In this document: piece after piece, positions 55,393 to 64,000 of the stretch
Layout: each line of letters begins with the position of its first letter
Position numbering within the stretch: the stretch's first letter is position 1
DNA from: a candidate division WOR-1 bacterium RIFOXYB2_FULL_46_45
GTDB taxonomy: Bacteria > Margulisbacteria > WOR-1 > XYC2-FULL-46-14
NCBI GenBank assembly: GCA_001771585.1
Contig: MEUE01000001.1
Span: forward strand, 191,789 to 255,788
Direction of reading: 5' to 3'
Length of the DNA stretch: 64,000 nt
Notes under the pieces: model-generated
Told to the model about the DNA's origin: nothing
Seen by the model: the letters and a program-made list of their open reading frames with translations, nothing else
Databases searched by the model: none
Program-made: the position numbers and the translations under genes

Positions 55393-57036
55393 TTATTGAC
55401 TCTCCGTAATTTCAACATTAACAAGACTCTTCAGAAATCCCTCCAACTTATCTTTTTTGATCCATTTAAAATAATAATATTTAGAAACATCAATAGTTTT
55501 AATGCGTTGCGTTATTAGCTTATTTTTATTTGGATAAAATATCTTCATATCCGCAATTGGACCTGAAGGATCATAATCCGCTAAATTATAACGATGTATA
55601 AAACATTTCCTATCTTTAAGAAACCTATTCTCTTCTACACTGTCCCGATCATATCCAATCCATTTTTCTCCCTTCCACACCTTATTAAATATGCCGCTCC
55701 ATTCGTAATAACTGTAGTTATATATTGCTGTTTCGATGGATGAACTGGCTTTATTAGTATCATTTTCAATGAAAAATGTGGAATACTTCTTAGAATAAGG
55801 CATCTCTTTCAGCTGAAGCATTATAGATTCATCTTTTATAAACCGATATTGCCAATTAATATAATTTTCTATTCCCACATAAGAAAACAACAATATCAAG
55901 GAAATAAACATAATATTTACTGCCTTTATCCCCAATTGCAACTCCTTTTCAATAAACCTAATAAAGCAAAACAAGATTAATGCGAGAGGCAAGCCGACCA
56001 GAAGCAAATGCCGTGACGCATAGGAAGAATCAGGGAATTTACCGACGGCTGCATAAGGAAATATTGCCAAAATCAGAAGCATCCAACTAAAAACATATGT
56101 AATAAGTTTATTTGATATCTCCTTGGAATCAATCGCTTCTTTAATTAGCCGATAAAAAAGGTAGCACGCAAAAAATACAAAAGCAGGAATACTGATAAAT
56201 AATGGGATATTAATAATTGACAGAGAAGCCCTAATCGCAACATAAATTCCCTTCCAAAATGCAGCAAACACTCTCAGCAGCTTTCCGGTAGAGGCGAATT
56301 GAAGTTCGTTCTGATTTGCGTAAAATCCGTAAGCAGGAAAATATGTTTTTTCAACAAAGAAAAATAACATTGGAATTATCCAATAATCGAGATACTTAAA
56401 TAATGAGGATATCATTATCTTAATACTATTCCTACCAATCATATCTTTTGTAATAATAAAAAATAAAACACCACAATAAAACACCAATATTGAACTTGTA
56501 AAAAATGATAAAACAAACAGTAAAATCGAGAGTCCACGCCAAAACAATTGCGACAATCCAAGTGAAAATTCATTGTTTTTAACTTTATAAACAAAAATAT
56601 ATACTCCTAAAATAAAAACAAAATAGCAAAAAATGTAGTGGGCATGAATAGCAATAAAAGCAGCTTTAAAAGCAGGATAAATGGATGCCAAAGAAGCGAT
56701 AAAGAAGCTGTCCAAATCCTTAAATTTTAGTTTTTTAAATATTTTATATACCAAGATTCCACTCAGGACAATCCAAATAAAGGCAAAAAATCTATACCCA
56801 AACACCAGATTGCTTCCGAATAGAAAAGAATATGCTATATGCAAATAGGCAGGGCCACCAAGGATATATCCCGACTCACTATATATAGAAATTACCTCAT
56901 TATAATTTCCCGATAAAAGCTGGGGGATCAAGACATAGTCATCCCAACAAATTCCATTCATAATAAGAAAAAAGCCATGGCACAGAAGTATCACTAAAAA
57001 CAACCAAATTATTTTGTTCTTAAAAAGAGGAATCAT
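55393..57036 (-). CDS. Multi-TM GT-C / GtrII-like membrane glycosyltransferase
   Basis: CWDDY acidic loop after TM1, about 11 TM, SRHLLL, soluble C-terminal tail. Confidence 0.6.
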   Translation of the reverse strand: MIPLFKNKIIWLFLVILLCHGFFLIMNGICWDDYVLIPQLLSGNYNEVISIYSESGYILGGPAYLHIAYSFLFGSNLVFGYRFFAFIWIVLSGILVYKIFKKLKFKDLDSFFIASLASIYPAFKAAFIAIHAHYIFCYFVFILGVYIFVYKVKNNEFSLGLSQLFWRGLSILLFVLSFFTSSILVFYCGVLFFIITKDMIGRNSIKIMISSLFKYLDYWIIPMLFFFVEKTYFPAYGFYANQNELQFASTGKLLRVFAAFWKGIYVAIRASLSIINIPLFISIPAFVFFACYLFYRLIKEAIDSKEISNKLITYVFSWMLLILAIFPYAAVGKFPDSSYASRHLLLVGLPLALILFCFIRFIEKELQLGIKAVNIMFISLILLFSYVGIENYINWQYRFIKDESIMLQLKEMPYSKKYSTFFIENDTNKASSSIETAIYNYSYYEWSGIFNKVWKGEKWIGYDRDSVEENRFLKDRKCFIHRYNLADYDPSGPIADMKIFYPNKNKLITQRIKTIDVSKYYYFKWIKKDKLEGFLKSLVNVEITESQ

Positions 57037-57791
57037 ATCTTTTTAGCCACTACAAACAATGACGAACCGAACGGTTTCCATTTACAAATAAAATTTTCAA
57101 AAGAAACAATTTTGTAGAGCAAATTATTCGTCCAGGCCGATGGCAAATCAATGTCTGATTTTATTTCCATGTTTTTTAATAAGCGCAATTTAATTTTTTG
57201 CAAACTTCTTATAATAAATATTGCGGGAGAAAGAAAAAGCGGCCAGTAGATACAGGTTTGAACCTGAAAAGAACTGCTGTCAAAAAGATGTTTTATGTCC
57301 CTTTTTGTAAAACGGTATTTGCCGCCAACCGCAATATCATGTATTCCACCAAACAAATTAAACGCGGGAAGATTCAAAACCAAGATACCCCCTTTCCTTA
57401 AAACCTCACAAAATCCCCACACAATCTTCCTGTGCTCTGCTGGATCTGCATAAAAATAAAGTGTGTCATTAGAAACCACTACATCATAGTCATGTTTTGA
57501 AACTATGACGGAGGTCTGTTTTATATCTCCAAGGGTAACATTTAATCCCCTGGCTGTGCAAAACGATACCGCAACTTCTGCCAGATCAAAACCCTCTACA
57601 TTTTTATATCCTTTTTTTAGAAGATGTTTCAGTAATCCGCCCGTACCGCAGCCAGCATCCAATACACTAATATTTTTTTCTTTAAAATGATTTTCAATTG
57701 CCGTTATAGTCAATCGCCGTAATATCCTATACCACCAATGGCAAATCTCAACCTCCGCCATTCTTTTATATTCCGATGAATTAATAAACAT
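57033..57791 (-). CDS. Class I SAM-dependent methyltransferase
   Basis: EYKRMAEVE..HWWY, VLDAGCGTGG, LNLPAF..FGGIHD. Confidence 0.87.
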   Translation of the reverse strand: MFINSSEYKRMAEVEICHWWYRILRRLTITAIENHFKEKNISVLDAGCGTGGLLKHLLKKGYKNVEGFDLAEVAVSFCTARGLNVTLGDIKQTSVIVSKHDYDVVVSNDTLYFYADPAEHRKIVWGFCEVLRKGGILVLNLPAFNLFGGIHDIAVGGKYRFTKRDIKHLFDSSSFQVQTCIYWPLFLSPAIFIIRSLQKIKLRLLKNMEIKSDIDLPSAWTNNLLYKIVSFENFICKWKPFGSSLFVVAKKI

Positions 57792-58927
57792 TATAGTTTG
57801 GCAAAAGCCTTTATCTCCTCCACAACACAAACCATATCCCGATCTGATAATTCGGGGTATATTGGTAAGGATAGTATTTTATTCGCATAATCCTCTGCAA
57901 CAGGAAAAGACCCCTTAGTATAACCCAGTCCCTGATAACTTTCTTGCAGATGAACAGGAATTGGATAATGAATAAGCGTTTCCACCCCTTTCTCAGTAAG
58001 AAAGGTTTGCAACTTATCCCTTTGGACATATCTTACAACAAATAGGTGATATACGTGTTTCGCATAAATTGCCTCGGTGGGAGTAATAATTCCATCCATA
58101 TCTTTTATTAGAAAATCATAGAGTCCAGCTTTATTTCTTCTAAGCTCATTCCAAGCATCAAGATATTTCAATTTCACTCTCAAAATTGCTGCTTGTATCT
58201 CATCAAGCCTACTATTATATCCCTTAATTTTATGATGATATCTCTTAATTTGACCATAATTTCTTAAAAGTTTGACCTTCTCAGCAAGCTCGAGATTAGA
58301 AGTAACTACCATGCCCCCATCTCCGAGCGCACCTAGATTTTTACTAGGATAAAAACTAAAACAACCCATTTCTCCTATACTCCCAGCTTTCTTCCCTTTA
58401 TATAAAGCTCCATGTGCCTGACAAGCATCCTCAATCACTATCAGGCCATGCCTTTTGGCAATATCCAAAATAGGATCCATGTCAGTACATTGACCGTATA
58501 AATGAACAGGAATTATCGCCTTGGTCTTTGATGTGATCGCTGATTCAAGCTTTTGCGGATCCATAGTGTAGGTATTGGGATCAATATCAACAAATCTTGG
58601 AACAGCTCCTGCAAATGAAATCGCTGATACCGTCGGAACCGCTGTGTTAGGAACAGTTATCACCTCATCTCCCGGATTGATCCCAGCCGCTACCAAAGAA
58701 AGATGAAGGGCTTCGGTTCCCGAACCCACACCAATAGCATACAAACTCTCACAATACTCTGCAAATTCCTTTTCAAAAACCGCAAGTTCTTCTCCTAAAA
58801 TATACCAACCCCGCTTCAATACCCGCTGAACAGCATCATCAACTTCTTGCTGGATCTGAAGATATTGAGCTCTTAAATCACCAAAAGGGATATTTTTAGT
58901 TCTATTGCCAGTAATGTTCTTTTCCAT
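57791..58927 (-). CDS. DegT/DnrJ-family aminotransferase (FdtB/WbpE-like)
   Basis: [52 protein letters not shown]. Confidence 0.92.
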   Translation of the reverse strand: MEKNITGNRTKNIPFGDLRAQYLQIQQEVDDAVQRVLKRGWYILGEELAVFEKEFAEYCESLYAIGVGSGTEALHLSLVAAGINPGDEVITVPNTAVPTVSAISFAGAVPRFVDIDPNTYTMDPQKLESAITSKTKAIIPVHLYGQCTDMDPILDIAKRHGLIVIEDACQAHGALYKGKKAGSIGEMGCFSFYPSKNLGALGDGGMVVTSNLELAEKVKLLRNYGQIKRYHHKIKGYNSRLDEIQAAILRVKLKYLDAWNELRRNKAGLYDFLIKDMDGIITPTEAIYAKHVYHLFVVRYVQRDKLQTFLTEKGVETLIHYPIPVHLQESYQGLGYTKGSFPVAEDYANKILSLPIYPELSDRDMVCVVEEIKAFAKL

Positions 58928-59906
58928 ATTTTTTATAATACTCGATTGTATTGGCCAATCCATCTTTAACCAAAACCTTCGGCTCCCATCCTAATATTTT
59001 CTTAGCTTTTCTGTGATCTGAATAATAATGCCCAATATCAATTTTTTTTAACTTTTCAGGAAAAGGAATAAGCGAATATTTACCTGCTCCATTAACTTCT
59101 ATCATTATTTTGACAATATCCTCCAGAGAGACGACCTGGGAATCCCCTAAATTCATTATTTGACCTTCAGCCTTTTTTTCTGCACCACTCATCAGCAGAG
59201 CTGCAACAGCATCGTCAACATAATTCAGATCTCTCAACTGCTGCCCATCCCCAAATATCTTAATTTCCTTGTTGTCCAGCAACAGGTGAATAAACCAACC
59301 AAGAAAACCCTGTCGGTTATGCTTTATTAACAAACGCGGTCCATAAGTATTCGTTAAACGAAGAACAACTGTTTTGATTCCATAAACCTCATGATAAAGA
59401 ATATGATAATATTCGCCTGCTATCTTGTTTATTCCATTCACATCCGTCGGCTTTAAAGGATGAACCTCATCTACGGGAAGATATTGCGGTTTACCATAGA
59501 TCTGCCTAGTACTGGCATAAATAATTTTTATGTCTGGATTATTTCGGCGACAGGATTCGAGAATTGATAGCTGGCTCTTAGCATTGATCTCCAAATCAGT
59601 ATAAGGATCCTCCATGCTGTCTATATGACTAACCTGGCCTGCCAGATTAAACATTATGTCTTGACCTCTAACAAGATAATTCATGCCATGTCCATCTCTA
59701 ACGTCTGCAATATTTATTTTTACCAAATCCTTAACCGGATCAATATTAAAAAGATTTCCACCATAGTCGGGTATCAGTGAATCAATTAAGGTAACTTTGG
59801 CTCCCAACTCTACTAATCGAATAGCTAAATTGCTGCCGATAAAACCCAAACCACCCGTAATCACTACCGGTCGATCTTTATAGTAAGAGAATAAATCGTT
59901 ATCCAT
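58902..59906 (-). CDS. NAD-dependent epimerase/dehydratase
   Basis: [42 protein letters not shown]. Confidence 0.9.
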   Translation of the reverse strand: MDNDLFSYYKDRPVVITGGLGFIGSNLAIRLVELGAKVTLIDSLIPDYGGNLFNIDPVKDLVKINIADVRDGHGMNYLVRGQDIMFNLAGQVSHIDSMEDPYTDLEINAKSQLSILESCRRNNPDIKIIYASTRQIYGKPQYLPVDEVHPLKPTDVNGINKIAGEYYHILYHEVYGIKTVVLRLTNTYGPRLLIKHNRQGFLGWFIHLLLDNKEIKIFGDGQQLRDLNYVDDAVAALLMSGAEKKAEGQIMNLGDSQVVSLEDIVKIMIEVNGAGKYSLIPFPEKLKKIDIGHYYSDHRKAKKILGWEPKVLVKDGLANTIEYYKKYGKEHYWQ

Positions 59907-60861
59907 CTTTTTCGCTGACTCCTCGGGACTCGCGTATTACATATTGGGGTGTTCCATTTTCAGTCAAAAACAATCTGCCAATGTATTCACCCACTAAACC
60001 AATGAACATGAGCTGCGCTCCGGAGAAAACAACAACCGAAGTTATTAGCGAAAACCAACCGGCCGGCCATGGCCCCTGAGAATGAAACACATACATATCA
60101 AGTAGAAAATAAAAAATCATAAACATACCCAAAATAGCCATCAAAAAACCGGTCAAAAAACTTACTCTTAAAGGAACAACCGAAAAATTTATAAACATAT
60201 TCAGCCATAATGCCATCAATTTTCTTAGAGTATAATTTGAGTGGCCATGTTTTCTGCTTTGATGAAGCACTGCAATTGTGCCAAAATTTCCAGTGGCACG
60301 CATAATCAGTCCGTCAATGTATGGATAAGGTCCTCGATACTTTATTATTTCATTTATAATGAACCGGTTAATACATTTAAAACTGGACAAATAAAGACCT
60401 TTGGGTAATTTTAATAAAAAAGCAGCAACCTTATTGTTAAACCAACTGCCAAAGTTCCTAAACCAGTTATGTTTCTTCTCTTCGTAGTAAGTATACAAAA
60501 CATCAAATCTATTATTAATCATGCTTTCAATCATTCGCGGTATTTCTTCCGGAGGATTCTGAAAATCATCGTCCATTATGACAGCATAATCTCCCTCAGC
60601 ACAATTAAGCCCCGCAATCACGGCATTATGTTCACTAAAATTTTTTGAGAGCATGTGGTATTTAACCCGTCCGGCATATTTCTTGCATTTACTCAAGCAT
60701 ATTTCACGGCTTTTATCTTTGCTATAATCATCAATTAAAATAATTTCATAATCGTATTTGATAAGAATTTCAGTCAACTGATCTATTAAGGCACCAATCG
60801 TTTCTTGGCTGTTATAAACAGGGATTACCACACTTAACTTATACTTTATTGCTTTATCCAT
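59899..60861 (-). CDS. GtrB/ArnC-like GT2 undecaprenyl-phosphate glycosyltransferase
   Basis: SVVIPVYN, IDDYSKD, SKNFSEHNA, MDDDFQNPP, two C-terminal TMs, GLVGEYIGR. Confidence 0.9.
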   Translation of the reverse strand: MDKAIKYKLSVVIPVYNSQETIGALIDQLTEILIKYDYEIILIDDYSKDKSREICLSKCKKYAGRVKYHMLSKNFSEHNAVIAGLNCAEGDYAVIMDDDFQNPPEEIPRMIESMINNRFDVLYTYYEEKKHNWFRNFGSWFNNKVAAFLLKLPKGLYLSSFKCINRFIINEIIKYRGPYPYIDGLIMRATGNFGTIAVLHQSRKHGHSNYTLRKLMALWLNMFINFSVVPLRVSFLTGFLMAILGMFMIFYFLLDMYVFHSQGPWPAGWFSLITSVVVFSGAQLMFIGLVGEYIGRLFLTENGTPQYVIRESRGVSEKDG

Positions 60862-62405
60862 AAACTTTCCCCCCCTGTATAGTTCGCTCCAGATAATCGA
60901 ATATTCCTGTTATTTACTATTTCAGTCGCTCTGGCGTAAATCCCTATAGCTAAAAACAGAATAAAACTCACTAAAGCTAGCCACTTTAATGTTTTTATTC
61001 TGTTTTCCTTTACAATTTGCACTATTCCAAAAGAGGTAAATAAGGTCATTATAGATGAAATTGGCAAAAGATAATGATGTGGAGTATGAGTAACGAACAC
61101 CACCAACACCAACATTAAGGCCATTATATAAATCCAGAGTATTCCCCGTTGCATTAAAAATTGCTGATCCTGATGCCAATTTTTCTTTAAAAAAACAAGT
61201 TCATATATCAAGTAGCAAAAAAACAAGCATCCAATCCAAATCCCCAAAAGCTGCTGTTCAAAAACCATTTTCAGCCAAACAAATCTACCCGAGTTAACCA
61301 AGGGTTCATTAATACCGATGTCAGGACCAGTCCCCACTGTTGTTGCTAGAAATTGGGAGAATAAGACTTTGGCGGTCACCAAAGGAAACAACCAATATGT
61401 CGGAGTTAGAACTAAAAACATGGTCGACACCAAACAAACCATATAAAACATAGATAAAAGGCCATCATTAGCAATAAATAAAGGACGGTATCTCTGATTC
61501 ATTCCTTCTTCTTTAATCTGTTTCATCAGGAGATTATTAATTATTAGCCAAGTAATACCAGCCAACAATAATATCCCAACCAAAATCATAATCATCCGCA
61601 CATTTCTAATTTGCAAAAAATCCCCAACGCCATGGATTTTATTTCTATAAAACAGCCCCTGGTACTTAACAAGCACAAAAACACCTAAGGCAAAAAACGA
61701 AATGGCGGCAACAACAATAAATGAAGCAATTAAATTAATAAGTTTATATTTTGATTTTAAATTCTCAACAAGTTGCATGGTTTGAAGTTTGCTAGAGTTA
61801 TATAGACTAGCTACCCATATCGCCGGAATTGCAACAACCCCAAACAACAGATTGGTTGAGACAGCAAAAGCAGAAAACAAAACTGCACCCCAAAAATTCT
61901 TAGGCTTATTTTCTTCCACCATCTTTAGGCAGAAAGAAAGTCCCACCAAAGCGAAAAGAAGTGCCAATATGTGGGGTCGGGAATTAAGTGTCCATGTTAA
62001 ATAGTTCGGGGTAGATATTAATAAAAAACAACATAAAATAGCTATCCAGGTTTTTTTAAAATATTTGAGAGTAAAGAAATAAAAAAAGATTACGGTAAAA
62101 AGAGCTATCAAAACATTAAAACCTCTTAGACCAATAACTATTACCTGATAATTAACCCCCTTTAATAAAGTAAAAGGGACAAGAACGACACCAGCTATGT
62201 AATAAAAAAGTTGTGGATAAGCCGCGCCATCCTCCATTGGTATTAATCCTTGCGAATAAGTTTTACCTGCAAATTTCACTAGAATAGACTCATCATTATC
62301 AAAATATTTAATTGTGTCCAGATTATCTGTTCCAATAGAAATTGCCGGAAACACAAACCATAAGATAGGCAGAATCAGCAATAAAATGATCAGAATATTT
62401 TTCAT
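60846..62405 (-). CDS. GT-C (ArnT/PMT-like) membrane glycosyltransferase
   Basis: FDNDES acidic loop after TM1, YPQLFYY, RPH, many TMs, HHYLLP; start moved to MKNILII. Confidence 0.7.
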   Translation of the reverse strand: MKNILIILLLILPILWFVFPAISIGTDNLDTIKYFDNDESILVKFAGKTYSQGLIPMEDGAAYPQLFYYIAGVVLVPFTLLKGVNYQVIVIGLRGFNVLIALFTVIFFYFFTLKYFKKTWIAILCCFLLISTPNYLTWTLNSRPHILALLFALVGLSFCLKMVEENKPKNFWGAVLFSAFAVSTNLLFGVVAIPAIWVASLYNSSKLQTMQLVENLKSKYKLINLIASFIVVAAISFFALGVFVLVKYQGLFYRNKIHGVGDFLQIRNVRMIMILVGILLLAGITWLIINNLLMKQIKEEGMNQRYRPLFIANDGLLSMFYMVCLVSTMFLVLTPTYWLFPLVTAKVLFSQFLATTVGTGPDIGINEPLVNSGRFVWLKMVFEQQLLGIWIGCLFFCYLIYELVFLKKNWHQDQQFLMQRGILWIYIMALMLVLVVFVTHTPHHYLLPISSIMTLFTSFGIVQIVKENRIKTLKWLALVSFILFLAIGIYARATEIVNNRNIRLSGANYTGGESLWIKQ

Positions 62406-62421
62406 CCAATAATTACAATAA

Positions 62422-63378
62422 TTATTTATTATATTCATTTGAAAAACCAAAAGTTTCAGAGACAACATATAATGGCCGGCCACGCGCCTCATCCAAAGCT
62501 CGCCAAGTATATTCGCCAATCATACCAGTGACAACCAATTGTAAACCTGATAAAAATAAAATCGTAATCATCAGAGTGGCCCATCCTTGAACCTGAATCC
62601 ACCCCAAAGCTACTCCAACAATAATAAAAAGACCGTACAGAAAACTTAGAAAAGATATTAAAATTCCCATAGCTGAGACTATTCTGATAGGCATAAACGA
62701 AAAAGAAGTAAAGGTATCTATAGCCAATTGTATTCGTTTGGCTAAAGTCCAACGAGACTTTCCGCGTTCACGCAAGCCGAATGAACACGGTATTTGGGTC
62801 TGACGAAAACCTAACCAGGCCAGCATTCCCCAAACCATTCTATTCCTTTCTGGCAACTTTAATATTGCATTGATTACTTTACGATCCATAAAAGCAAATG
62901 CCACCTGTTTTGGCAAAGCATCAAGGCTACCAATCCAATCAAACAACTTATGAAAGATTCCAGCAAATATGCTGGTTAATAATGGATCTTTACGACTTGA
63001 ACGAACCCCCCAGATAAGCTCATATCCTTCCCCCCATTTCTTAATAAATTCAGGCAATTGATCAATTGGCTCTTGAAGATCAGCCCCAACCGCAAATGCA
63101 AAATTTCCCTGACTAACTTTTAGCCCGGAGGTCAAACAAGCATGCGGACCAAAATTGCGCGACATGCGAATTACTCGCACTCTCTGATCGGAATTTGCAA
63201 TATTTTTTGTCTTTTCGTAGGTGGAATCCATGCTTCCATCGTCGATGCAAATCAATTCCCAAGAATAGCCCAATTTGTCCATCAGATCACGTATTCTCTC
63301 ATATGCCGGAATAATGTTGTCTTCTTCATTGAGCATTGGCATGATCACCGAAGCTTTTATTTTTTGTCTTTCACTCAT
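62422..63378 (-). CDS. GtrB/ArnC-like GT2 undecaprenyl-phosphate glycosyltransferase
   Basis: IMPMLNEEDNI, IDDGSMD, SRNFGPHA, ADLQEP, LPERNR, GMIGEY. Confidence 0.9.
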   Translation of the reverse strand: MSERQKIKASVIMPMLNEEDNIIPAYERIRDLMDKLGYSWELICIDDGSMDSTYEKTKNIANSDQRVRVIRMSRNFGPHACLTSGLKVSQGNFAFAVGADLQEPIDQLPEFIKKWGEGYELIWGVRSSRKDPLLTSIFAGIFHKLFDWIGSLDALPKQVAFAFMDRKVINAILKLPERNRMVWGMLAWLGFRQTQIPCSFGLRERGKSRWTLAKRIQLAIDTFTSFSFMPIRIVSAMGILISFLSFLYGLFIIVGVALGWIQVQGWATLMITILFLSGLQLVVTGMIGEYTWRALDEARGRPLYVVSETFGFSNEYNK

Positions 63379-63396
63379 ATCTTTGTTTTCCCTTTT

Positions 63397-64000
63397 TTAC
63401 GGGTCAATCATTCTTTTTGCATGTTCATAAATAAATTTTTTATGCTCAATAGCAAAATTACCTGTTACTTTTTGATTTGCCGGGACGGAACGAACAACAA
63501 CTGAACCAATACTAACGACTGCCCCCTCCCCAACTGTAATTTGATCTTTTATAACTGCTCCCGGATTAATCCTTACATTATCATGAATAACCGCACTCCC
63601 ACAGATTTTACAAGCACAAATTAGACAACCATTACCCACATGAACACTATGAGCGATATATGCGGTATTAGCAATTTTTGTACCATTACCAATCACCGTA
63701 TTCTTATATGAAAATCCTTTATCAATCGTACAATTTGCCCCGATCTCGGTCTGATCACCAATAATTAACATTCCATCATGAAAAATATGAAGCAGTCCTC
63801 TGGAAGTTCTTTTTTCTTCAGCATCATCACAACCCAACACAGTTCCCGCTTTAACAACACAATTATTTCCAACGATCACATCTGATAATATGGCTACATG
63901 CGGTCCAATAACTACATTCTCTCCTATTTGAACATTATAATCAGAGATAAAAGCACTAGGATGTATAGTTGCAGACGGATGAATTAAAGAAGGTTTTTTC
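63397..64000 (-). CDS. LpxD-like hexapeptide-repeat acyltransferase, 5' end outside the window
   Basis: Frame open to the right edge (KKPSLIHPSATIHPSAFISDYNVQIGENVVIGPHV...); IIGDQTEIGANCTIDKG, IAHSVHVG hexapeptide repeats. Confidence 0.82.
   Translation of the reverse strand, partial: KKPSLIHPSATIHPSAFISDYNVQIGENVVIGPHVAILSDVIVGNNCVVKAGTVLGCDDAEEKRTSRGLLHIFHDGMLIIGDQTEIGANCTIDKGFSYKNTVIGNGTKIANTAYIAHSVHVGNGCLICACKICGSAVIHDNVRINPGAVIKDQITVGEGAVVSIGSVVVRSVPANQKVTGNFAIEHKKFIYEHAKRMIDP

Noticed and set aside
8523-63504. Remaining short alternative-frame and antisense ORFs in the track
   Set aside because: All lie within well-supported CDSs and show no independent SD, motif or family resemblance.
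14428-64000. JUMPstart/ops antitermination element
   Set aside because: No GGCGGTAG-type motif was noticed in the intergenic gaps; the locus 5' end lies outside the window.
1-64000. tRNA, rRNA or riboswitch genes
   Set aside because: Intergenic gaps are short and none showed a cloverleaf or a recognisable aptamer by eye; a covariance-model scan would be needed to be sure.

Overview
A 64-kb bacterial window in which every supportable gene but one lies on the minus strand. The left ~14 kb is housekeeping: purH (partial), purN, purM, purF, an editing-domain-less proS, glyQ/glyS and a geranylgeranyl-reductase-family gene. These are interleaved with three secreted/envelope genes (FlgD/T9SS-CTD-like protein, fibre-like Gly-rich protein, PorV-like barrel fused to three SLH domains), an AlbA_2/Schlafen ATP-binding protein, a deleted IS200/IS605-type Y1 transposase and several REP-like palindromes, two of which lie in frame inside glyS. 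From 14.4 kb to beyond the right edge runs one ~50-kb surface-glycan locus of about 50 genes. It holds a WecA-like initiator, eight GT2s, a GT4, three GT-C-like membrane proteins, a Wzy/ligase-like protein, GDP- and CDP-sugar enzymes, an ACP/FabH/FabH/FabG/GNAT/deacetylase acylation cassette and six radical SAM enzymes (five B12-binding). It also holds an unusual six-gene cassette: aldolase-Maf/GT42-like fusion, LdpA-like 2x[4Fe-4S] protein, HAD phosphatase, HpcH aldolase, KdsB-like cytidylyltransferase and a 611-aa unknown. That cassette looks like an uncharacterised route to a CMP-activated ulosonic acid and is the best candidate for a new system. The gene content (barrel-SLH fusion, FlgD-tailed protein, LdpA homologue) suggests a non-photosynthetic relative of Cyanobacteria such as Saganbacteria (WOR-1) or Margulisbacteria; this is inference only. 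No rRNA, tRNA or CRISPR array was seen. All family assignments come from motif recognition by eye, with no database searches.
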